Below, one piece after another: positions 17,918 through 25,542 of a DNA stretch of 64,000 nucleotides; position 1 is the first letter of the stretch; every line of letters starts with the position of its first letter. The notes beneath the pieces were generated by a model. That model was not told where the DNA came from and made no database searches. It saw only the letters and a list, made by a program, of their open reading frames with translations. A program made the translations under genes and the position numbers. The stretch spans positions 12,961-76,960 of the forward strand of contig JAHEJM010000007.1 in NCBI GenBank assembly GCA_024638815.1. The letters run 5' to 3'. This stretch comes from Acidimicrobiales bacterium. GTDB taxonomy: Bacteria > Actinomycetota > Acidimicrobiia > Acidimicrobiales > SZUA-35.

Positions 17918-19651
17918 CTAGACCGGTCCACTGGGGGGAGCCGGTGTTCCACCGCCCGATCGTGACGGCACGGGACCTTCAAGGGCCGTAGCGTCGGCCT
18001 CAGGATGCGATCGGGGGGACCCATTTCCGACCGAGGTCAGATCGACCGGGGATTGAGGCGGCGCCCAATCGACCCCGCTCGGGCCACCGATTGCCCCGTC
18101 GGCGCCGACGATCTCGCCCTTGGCCGGACGGCGAGCGGGCGACGTGACCACCGGCAACAGCTTGTCCCTCACGTTGTCGAGCTGGCGGGACAAGTCGCTC
18201 AGGGCGTCGGACTTCTGGCGGGCCAACGGTACGGCCAGAACGACGGCGTCGGCCATGGCCGTCAGCTGGAGTGTGGAGGCCAGATCGAGGGCAGGACCAC
18301 CGTCGACCACCACGATCTGCGCTTTTCGCCGGGCCGCTTCCAGCACTGAGGCCACGGTGTCCCTGCGCAACGAGGCCGCGCCCCGACTCGATCCCAGACC
18401 GAGGACACTGACCTCGGGGTCCATGGTGCGGGTGAAGACCGAACGCCCCCGCTGGTCGATCAACGCACCGTCGTTGAGCACCACGGCGGGCACACCACCG
18501 TCCTGGCTGGCATTGAAGATGGCGGTGATGCGGGGATCGCGCACATCGGCGTCGATGACCACGACCGAAGAACCACCACCGGCGAATCGTTCAGCCATGG
18601 CCAGAGCCAACGTCGTGGTCCCGGCGTTGCGCTGGGCACCGACGACGGCAACCGTAAGGGGCTCGTTGATGCGGGCTTTGGCCTCGGCCCGCACGCAGAG
18701 CTGGTCGATGACCGGAATCGCAGTCCTCGGCAGGGCTTGGAAGGCGGCAAGCGGTTGACGGGCCAAAGACCGATAGTGCGGCAACTCAGATACCACCGGC
18801 GCACCCAGGATCTCCGATGCGGTATCGGCGTCGAGCACCTTGGTCGAGAACCGGGCCCAGGCCATGGCGGCCAGGACACCCAACATGGCACCGGCAAACA
18901 GCCCACCGGCCAGCACGAACTGCCCGCCGACCGGGACCGGCTCTGTGGGCAGGGTTGCCTGCTGGATTACCCTGGTGTTGACCCGCAGCCGCGAATCGGA
19001 CACCAACTGATTGCGCTGGGCGATCAGCTGTGACACCTCGGCCTGGATGACGTTCCGCTCGGTGACCAAGGTGGGCTCCACCGAGTCGGGAGGGGGCAGC
19101 GGGGGCGGTGTGCGATTGTCCAGCAGCTCCAGGTAGGGCTCCATGGCCTCCTGGATGGCATCGTTGAGATTGGTCAGCTGCGTTCGGAGATTGTTGATTT
19201 CCTCCTCGAGACGCTGCAGCTCACCGGTGTCGCTGCGGTCGGTGTCGAGGGTGCTCATGTAGGCCTCGACATAGCTCTGGGCGATGGACCGGGCCTGATC
19301 GGGATCGGTGGCCACGGCCGAGATTTCGACGACATCGGTGTCGGGGTCCTGTTCGATGGTGACCGCCTGACGGACCGCCGTGATCGACAACCCGTTGGCC
19401 AAGGCAACCTCATTGACCAAAGAGGCGCTCTCGAGCACGCTGAGCTGGCTGATCACGTACCGGTCGGGGTCGCTTGACAGGTAGGTGACGTTCCCCTGTG
19501 TCGGTTGCACGATGTTGAGTTTGGCCACCGAACGATACTCGTTGCTGACCGGCGGATCGCTCAGCAACCCGGGCAAGGATCCCAACAGGGCAAACAAGGC
19601 CACCAACCACAGTCGCCGCCGCAACGCAGACAGTACGAATGACAGTTCCAT
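17918..19651 (-). CDS. Wzz/BY-kinase-like polysaccharide co-polymerase with degenerate P-loop (probable pseudokinase)
   Basis: It has the same architecture as 5472-7109: TM, coiled coil, TM, then a P-loop-like domain. The Walker A position reads VVGAQRNAGTTTLALA, with no Lys. VVVIDADVRDP (A') and IVVVDGGPAL (B-like) are retained. There is no Tyr in the last ~100 aa. Confidence 0.7.
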   Translation of the reverse strand: MELSFVLSALRRRLWLVALFALLGSLPGLLSDPPVSNEYRSVAKLNIVQPTQGNVTYLSSDPDRYVISQLSVLESASLVNEVALANGLSITAVRQAVTIEQDPDTDVVEISAVATDPDQARSIAQSYVEAYMSTLDTDRSDTGELQRLEEEINNLRTQLTNLNDAIQEAMEPYLELLDNRTPPPLPPPDSVEPTLVTERNVIQAEVSQLIAQRNQLVSDSRLRVNTRVIQQATLPTEPVPVGGQFVLAGGLFAGAMLGVLAAMAWARFSTKVLDADTASEILGAPVVSELPHYRSLARQPLAAFQALPRTAIPVIDQLCVRAEAKARINEPLTVAVVGAQRNAGTTTLALAMAERFAGGGSSVVVIDADVRDPRITAIFNASQDGGVPAVVLNDGALIDQRGRSVFTRTMDPEVSVLGLGSSRGAASLRRDTVASVLEAARRKAQIVVVDGGPALDLASTLQLTAMADAVVLAVPLARQKSDALSDLSRQLDNVRDKLLPVVTSPARRPAKGEIVGADGAIGGPSGVDWAPPQSPVDLTSVGNGSPRSHPEADATALEGPVPSRSGGGTPAPPSGPV

Positions 19652-19739
19652 ATCGAATCCTTCTACGGACCGCCGGCGGCGACAACGGCCGGGCAGTCGA
19701 TTGGAGAATCTCTTCAGCCTACAGTGCGGTAACCCGGGG

Positions 19740-20648
19740 TCAGTGGCTTTGACGGAGCAGGCGCTCCTCTACCAGACCTATCACACGACCAGTGGCGATG
19801 GAGCCGCGCCGGAGCACGTACGGGATGGATTTCCTATCCACCGCCTGCCCATTGGGTTTGAGTGCCCTGAGTCCTCTTGAACCGTGCGATTCACCCGGAG
19901 TACCCCGTCGGCTGAGGATCTGGCTGAACCCCCGCCCATAGAGATAGTGCTGGCGCATCATTGCACCAAGACCTCGCCTGTGCCGGTAGTAGATGACCGC
20001 CGACTGACAGTAGCCGAACTCAATACCCCGCTCGAGGAGATCCCAGGACAGCGCGATGTCCTCGCCTCGGATCAGATCGGTATCGAACCCACCGACGGCG
20101 TCGAATATCGTCCGCTTGATTCCCATGTTGGCCGACACCAGGAACGGGTGACCGAGGAATGTGGGGAGGGCGCCGGGGGTCGCCGGCGGTCGCCAGTGCT
20201 CCTGGCCCGGAACCGCCAGCAGCTCCTCGTCCAGGAACCCACCCACGGCGTCATAGAACTCGAGGGCGGCAACCAGCTGCTCCACCCACTCTGTGTCGGC
20301 AATGTCATCGCTGTCACAGAACAGGAGCTTCACACCCGACGACTCCCTGGCCCCGACGTTGCGAGCATGGGAGGCCGAGCGGACATCGGATGAGTCCACA
20401 ACCAGCGTCGCAGGCAGATCCCGCTCGGCCACGACCCGCTCCAGGCGAGCCCGTTCCGGGTCATCGGAGGTGTTCATGGACAAAACGATCTCCCACGAAC
20501 CGGCATAGGACTGCTTGCTCAGTGCATCCAGCTGCTGGATCAACTCGTCGTCAACCCGCCCGACGGGCACGACAACCGAGACCGACACGTGTTCATCTCC
20601 CGATTCGGGGACCGGATCGCCGGCGTCACCGGCCATGGTGTCAGGCAC
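19740..20648 (-). CDS. family-2 glycosyltransferase
   Basis: VSVVVPVGRVDDELIQQLDALSKQ ... LLFCDSDDI (DxD). Length is 302 aa. Confidence 0.75.
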   Translation of the reverse strand: MPDTMAGDAGDPVPESGDEHVSVSVVVPVGRVDDELIQQLDALSKQSYAGSWEIVLSMNTSDDPERARLERVVAERDLPATLVVDSSDVRSASHARNVGARESSGVKLLFCDSDDIADTEWVEQLVAALEFYDAVGGFLDEELLAVPGQEHWRPPATPGALPTFLGHPFLVSANMGIKRTIFDAVGGFDTDLIRGEDIALSWDLLERGIEFGYCQSAVIYYRHRRGLGAMMRQHYLYGRGFSQILSRRGTPGESHGSRGLRALKPNGQAVDRKSIPYVLRRGSIATGRVIGLVEERLLRQSH

Positions 20649-20658
20649 GGGTATGAGC

Positions 20659-21666
20659 CTATCGGGACCTCACGAGTCCGCCAGAGTCCCGACGTGTGGC
20701 CTTCAGCTCCTGCCAGACGATTCCGACAAAGGCCATGTCCTTGATGAAATAGCGGTGAAAGAGCCGCCGCGGTTCCTGCATGAACCGATGGAACCATTCC
20801 ATTCCGATGCGCTGAACCCACTCCGGTGCCCTCTTCGTATGGCCCAGGTAGAGCTGGAACGATGCGCCGAGGGCCATCGTCACCGGCCTGGGCCCCAGCT
20901 CCGGGGGCCACGTCCTCAGCAATCGGGTTGCCACCCGTGGGTCCCTGGGGTTGCCAATCCCGATCAGCACGAACTCCGGTCGACAACGGCGGGAGAGTTC
21001 GATCACTCGGGTCACGATGGAATCGATGGCGCCGGTATCATCGGCGTCGAACATCGGGGGGACGACAAATGACGCCATAGGATGCTGACGCCGCAGTTCA
21101 TCGGCAACGATCTGGGACGGAGCCACAACCACCACCGGTCTTCGTTGGGCCACCAGGCGGGGCCACAAGTCGGCGAACAGCCCACTGCCCGGCAACCGTG
21201 CCTCCAGCCGCCTCCCGATGAGACGGGACGCCCATACCAGGGGCTGCCCGTCGGGCAGACAGTACTGGGCTCGCCGGAAGACATCGGCCTCGGGCGAGTC
21301 GGGGTTTCGGTCGAGATGGACCATGATGTCGACGTTGGGAGTCACTAGCATCGGCTCGCGGTCGTCGGCGACAACCGCACCCTCGAGCAGTCGCCGACTC
21401 ACCTCGGCCACGGAACCACAGGACACGAAATCCAGTCCGAACACGCGAACTCTCGGTAATCGGTCCACTACAGGCTCCGGGCGGGTGAGGTCGATGAGGT
21501 GACCATCCGATTGCAGATCGACGTCGTCGCCGTCAATTCCGTCGACCGGGGATGACGATCTCCGGTGTTCGGGAGCCGGCGGCGACCCGGCGGGGTAGGA
21601 ATCCACTGCGGCATCGGTGTGAGGCCCCGTCGCCGTCGATGTTGGCTTCGTGTCGAAGTCAGCCAT
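20659..21666 (-). CDS. WecB/TagA/CpsF-family (GT26) glycosyltransferase
   Basis: LVTPNVDIMVH...YCLPDGQPLVWASRLIG ... LGASFQLYLGHTKRAPEWVQRIGMEWFHRFMQEPRRLFHRYF are GT26 hallmarks. The start is set at the ATG at 21666 (MADFDTK..., preceded by GGGAGGGG). The track ORF extends to 21750. Confidence 0.8.
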   Translation of the reverse strand: MADFDTKPTSTATGPHTDAAVDSYPAGSPPAPEHRRSSSPVDGIDGDDVDLQSDGHLIDLTRPEPVVDRLPRVRVFGLDFVSCGSVAEVSRRLLEGAVVADDREPMLVTPNVDIMVHLDRNPDSPEADVFRRAQYCLPDGQPLVWASRLIGRRLEARLPGSGLFADLWPRLVAQRRPVVVVAPSQIVADELRRQHPMASFVVPPMFDADDTGAIDSIVTRVIELSRRCRPEFVLIGIGNPRDPRVATRLLRTWPPELGPRPVTMALGASFQLYLGHTKRAPEWVQRIGMEWFHRFMQEPRRLFHRYFIKDMAFVGIVWQELKATRRDSGGLVRSR

Positions 21667-22010
21667 TGAGGAACGGGCCCCTCCCCGGAACCTGAGCAGT
21701 CCTACCCATGACATCCGGTCGCCGATAGCGAGCAGACAGTTTGACCTCACCGTGAGGCCGTCTCAGGAGCGCCTCGGCCACCCTGTCATGCGGCGCCGGT
21801 GTCAGCTCGACACACAAGACCGCCCCCTGTTGCACACCACCATACCGTAGCCGATTCCGTCCAGGGGCTGAACCGTTGATCACCGGCCCTGTGTTGTATT
21901 GCCCACGCCCACCACAGCCCTTCGGTCGATCGGTCTAGCAGCGACGGGCGGCGTCGAGCTCCGTCGGCCCACACCTGCTCCGTGCCGCTACCCGTACACT
22001 GAGCTGTATC

Positions 22011-23135
22011 ATGCGCGCTCACGACCGACCCCAGACCCGACGGGCACCATTGCGGGTTGCGGTGATGGGAACCGGTGCCATCTCGAAGGAACACTTGACC
22101 TACCTGGCGGGTAGGAGTCCGGTGATCCCCGACAGAGGCCTGGTCGAACTGGTCGGGGTTTGTGATCAGTCACCGGCCGCCGCCCACTACGCCGCCGACA
22201 CCTTCGGAGCCGGTCGAGCCTTCACCGATCTCGCCGACATGCTGGAGTCGGCGAGTCCCGAGGTTGTCCACGTGCTCACTCCCCCGGCCAGCCATGTCGG
22301 CCTTGCCACCCAATGCCTGCAGGCCGGCGCCCATGTGGTGTGTGAGAAGCCGATCACCACCAACTCACCCGACCTCGACAAGCTGCTGGAAATAGCCGCC
22401 GACCACGGACGCCAGCTCATGGAGAGCCACAACTACCGGTTCAACCATGGATTCCGACAGCTCGAGAACCTGCTGAATTCCGATCGGCTCGGCCCGGTTC
22501 GATCCGTCGACATCCGTATCGCCCTGCCGGTCACCGACGCCGATGAGCGGTTCGGGGATCCGAATCTCCCCAGTCCGATCCATCAGCTCCCGGCCGGCGT
22601 CATACACGACTTCACCACCCACTTCAGCTACCTGCTGCTTCGCCTGACCGGCGATGTCGTCTTCGATCGAATGGCCACCGCCTGGTCCAATCACGCCGGA
22701 CTCGCCCATTTCCGCTACGACGACCTCGACGCCCTGCTCATCGGGAACAGCGACCGCGGCCCGATCCACGCTCGGCTCCGGTTCGAGGCCGACAGCGGGC
22801 CCGACACGTTCGCCATCACCGTTCGAGGCACCGAAGGGTGGGCCGAGATCGACCTTTTCCAGCCCTATCTACGGGCGGTGTTACCCCGACCCGTCGGCTC
22901 CCAGCTCAGCCCAGTGGCCAACCACGTCATCAACGGCTGGCAATTGATGGGGCATGGGATCCGCAACCTGAGCCGCAAGATCATGCAGATCACGCCCTAC
23001 GAGGGTCTACACCGCATGCTGGACGAGACCTATCAGGCCCTCACAGAGGACCGCCCGGTCCCCGTCACCCCGGCCGAGATGCTGGCGGCGTCACGGCTGG
23101 TCGACACCGTGGTGTCCGATCAGTTCAGATTCTGA
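22011..23135 (+). CDS. Gfo/Idh/MocA-family NAD(P)-dependent sugar(-nucleotide) oxidoreductase (paralogue of 13597-14724)
   Basis: LRVAVMGTGAISKEH ... HVVCEKPITT (EKP motif). Length is 374 aa. Confidence 0.8.
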   Translation: MRAHDRPQTRRAPLRVAVMGTGAISKEHLTYLAGRSPVIPDRGLVELVGVCDQSPAAAHYAADTFGAGRAFTDLADMLESASPEVVHVLTPPASHVGLATQCLQAGAHVVCEKPITTNSPDLDKLLEIAADHGRQLMESHNYRFNHGFRQLENLLNSDRLGPVRSVDIRIALPVTDADERFGDPNLPSPIHQLPAGVIHDFTTHFSYLLLRLTGDVVFDRMATAWSNHAGLAHFRYDDLDALLIGNSDRGPIHARLRFEADSGPDTFAITVRGTEGWAEIDLFQPYLRAVLPRPVGSQLSPVANHVINGWQLMGHGIRNLSRKIMQITPYEGLHRMLDETYQALTEDRPVPVTPAEMLAASRLVDTVVSDQFRF

Positions 23136-23149
23136 TAGGAACGGATCCT

Positions 23150-24286
23150 ATGGCTTCGAACAACTCCGACGACCTGGATCAACCGGGAGACGGCCGACCG
23201 CCGGGCGGTGGCCACTCGCTCAACCTCTACATAAGCGGGGCCACCGGGTTCGTCGGGTGCCATGTCCTGGCCGAGGCCCTGCGTCGGGGCCATACCGTCA
23301 CCGCCGTGGTTCGCCCCGGCAGTGACTTTCGACTTCCCGACCACATTCCTCACGACAGGTGTCGAACCGTCTCGGTTGATCTGCGTTCCCGAACCGGGCT
23401 GGCGGACTCGCTGGCCGGCGTCGACTCGGTCGTGCATTTGGCCGCGGCCAAGGCCGGCGACTTCTACAGCCAGTTCGCCGGCACCGTCACCGCCACCGAG
23501 AACCTGCTGGCGGCGATGGACGAGGCCGATGTCAGGCAGTTGATCGGCATCAGCACCTTCTCGGCCTACGACTACCTGAACCTGCCGGCGGGCAGCCTCC
23601 TCACCGAGTCCACCGCTGTCGATACCCACCCCGCGCTCCGTGATGAGTACGCGCAGACCAAGCTTCTTCAGGAGGAGCTCTACCGCCAGTGGGGCGGACG
23701 CAGCGGCAACAGGCTCGTGGTGCTACGGCCGGGAATGGTTTACGGCCCCGACAATCTGTGGCATGCCCTCCTGGGAGCCGACTTCGGTCCCCGCTTCCTC
23801 CGAATCGGGTCCAAGGCCACCCTGCCCCTGACCTATGTCGACAATTGCGCTCAGGCCATCATCCTGGCGGCGGAGCGACTCGATGCCGAACCGGACCTGG
23901 TCGACGGCGAGACCATCAACATCGTCGACGATGATCTTCCCACCCAGAGTGAGTACGCCGAACTCGTATCGGCGCGCACCGAGACCCCACCCACGGTTCC
24001 GGTGCCATGGCCACTGTTGGACGTGACCAGCCGCCTGCTGAAAGCCGGCAATCAACGGTTGCTGCACGGTCGGGCCAAGTTTCCGGGGATCGCGGTGCCT
24101 GATCGGCTTCACGCTCGGTTCAAGCCTCTTCGCTATTCGAACGCCAAAGCAAAGCGGCTGCTTGGATGGCAGCCCGCCTATTCCACCGTGGAGGCCGTTG
24201 AACGTTCGGTGGCGAGCATGGAGCGACGTTTCTTCCCCCTCGACGAGTTGACACCGGCGACGACCGGCAGAAGTGATCGCCCATGA
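23150..24286 (+). CDS. NAD-dependent epimerase/dehydratase (extended SDR; paralogue of 12545-13600)
   Basis: LYISGATGFVGCHV and the catalytic YAQTK are present. The start is set at the ATG at 23150 (MASNNSDD), 14 nt after the upstream stop and preceded by AGGAA. The track ORF (22838-) overlaps the previous gene and looks like an upstream-extension artefact. Confidence 0.8.
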   Translation: MASNNSDDLDQPGDGRPPGGGHSLNLYISGATGFVGCHVLAEALRRGHTVTAVVRPGSDFRLPDHIPHDRCRTVSVDLRSRTGLADSLAGVDSVVHLAAAKAGDFYSQFAGTVTATENLLAAMDEADVRQLIGISTFSAYDYLNLPAGSLLTESTAVDTHPALRDEYAQTKLLQEELYRQWGGRSGNRLVVLRPGMVYGPDNLWHALLGADFGPRFLRIGSKATLPLTYVDNCAQAIILAAERLDAEPDLVDGETINIVDDDLPTQSEYAELVSARTETPPTVPVPWPLLDVTSRLLKAGNQRLLHGRAKFPGIAVPDRLHARFKPLRYSNAKAKRLLGWQPAYSTVEAVERSVASMERRFFPLDELTPATTGRSDRP

Positions 24287-25527
24287 AGATCGGGTATCTC
24301 ACCGGTGAATTCCCCCGCGCCACCGATGTCTGGATCCAGCGGGAGGTTGCCGGCCTCCGATCCGATGGTTTCGACGTCCAGACCTTCGCCGTTCGCCGAA
24401 CCGACGCAACACATATGGTCGGCCCGGAGCAACAGGCGGCCCGGGACGAGACCGTCTACCTCCTCGAGCAGGCCCGGTCACCGCGCTTGGTGCTGGCCCA
24501 CCTCAGGCTGTTTCTGCGATCACCGGCCCGGTACGTCGAAGGCATCAAGCTGGCTGCGGCCACCCGCCGTCTCGGACTCCGGGGCAGCCTCTATCAGGCC
24601 GTTTACTTCATCGAAGCCGGCCTGCTGGCCGATCTGCTGCGGCGGCGAAAGATCGATCATCTCCACAACCACTTCGGTGATTCGAGCTGCACCGTGGCCA
24701 TGCTCGGCTCTCATCTGAGCGGCGTCCCCTACAGTTTCACACTCCACGGCTCCGCCATCTTTTTCGAAGCCCACACCTGGCGCCTCGACGAGAAGCTGGC
24801 CCGGGCCCGTTTTGTCAGTTGCGTCAGCAACTTCTGCCGGGCTCAGGCTGCCATCTTCGCTCCCGACCATGTGGATCGGTTCCATGTCATCCACTGTGGT
24901 ATCGAGCCGAAGCGGCTGAGAAGAAAAGAGCACGCCGGTACCGGGATCCACATGATTTTCGTCGGTCGAATCATCCGAGCCAAGGGCATCGAGGTCCTTC
25001 TGGAGACGATGGAGCGGCTTCGCACCGACCATCCCGAGTTGTCCCTGACCATCGTCGGCGACGGTCCCGATCGGGAGCGACTGGAGAAGGCCGTGGCCGA
25101 CCGGGGGCTCGGTCAGGCCGTACAATTCGTGGGATCCCAGTCACGGGACGAGGTGGCCCACAGTCTGACGGCGGCCGACATCTTCGTGCTCCCCAGCTTC
25201 GCCGAGGGTGTTCCCGTCGTGCTCATGGAGGCCATGGGAGCCGAACTGCCCGTGATCGCCACCTATGTGGGCGGGATGACGGAACTCGTCGACGACGAGG
25301 TCAACGGACTGCTCGTCCCACCGTTCGACACCGAGCAGCTGACCAAGGCGGTACGGCGGTTGGTCGAGAACCCTGAGCTGCGCCGGCGCCTGGGACGAGC
25401 CGGTCGACTCACGGTACTGGAGCATTTCACCTCGGAGGTCGAGGCGGCGAGGCTTGGCCGCCTGTTCCGCCGAAGCGCTCGAGGTTTGGCCTCGGCCACT
25501 CGCCCCGAACTCACTGCATTGGACTGA
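24283..25527 (+). CDS. group-1 (GT4) glycosyltransferase
   Basis: FVGRIIRAKGIEVLLE...LTIVGDGPDRERLE...DIFVLPSFAEGVPVVLMEAMGAELPVIATYVGGMTELV contains the EX7E-type motif. The start overlaps the upstream stop in an ATGA. Confidence 0.85.
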   Translation: MKIGYLTGEFPRATDVWIQREVAGLRSDGFDVQTFAVRRTDATHMVGPEQQAARDETVYLLEQARSPRLVLAHLRLFLRSPARYVEGIKLAAATRRLGLRGSLYQAVYFIEAGLLADLLRRRKIDHLHNHFGDSSCTVAMLGSHLSGVPYSFTLHGSAIFFEAHTWRLDEKLARARFVSCVSNFCRAQAAIFAPDHVDRFHVIHCGIEPKRLRRKEHAGTGIHMIFVGRIIRAKGIEVLLETMERLRTDHPELSLTIVGDGPDRERLEKAVADRGLGQAVQFVGSQSRDEVAHSLTAADIFVLPSFAEGVPVVLMEAMGAELPVIATYVGGMTELVDDEVNGLLVPPFDTEQLTKAVRRLVENPELRRRLGRAGRLTVLEHFTSEVEAARLGRLFRRSARGLASATRPELTALD

Positions 25528-25542
25528 GGCGGTCGCCCTCAG
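25524..25542. terminator. short hairpin spanning both convergent stop codons (weak bidirectional terminator candidate)
   Basis: CTGAGG-cggtcgc-CCTCAG. The TGA of the GT4 gene and the TGA (tca on +) of the GH9 gene lie in opposite arms. The stem is only 6 bp. Confidence 0.25.
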
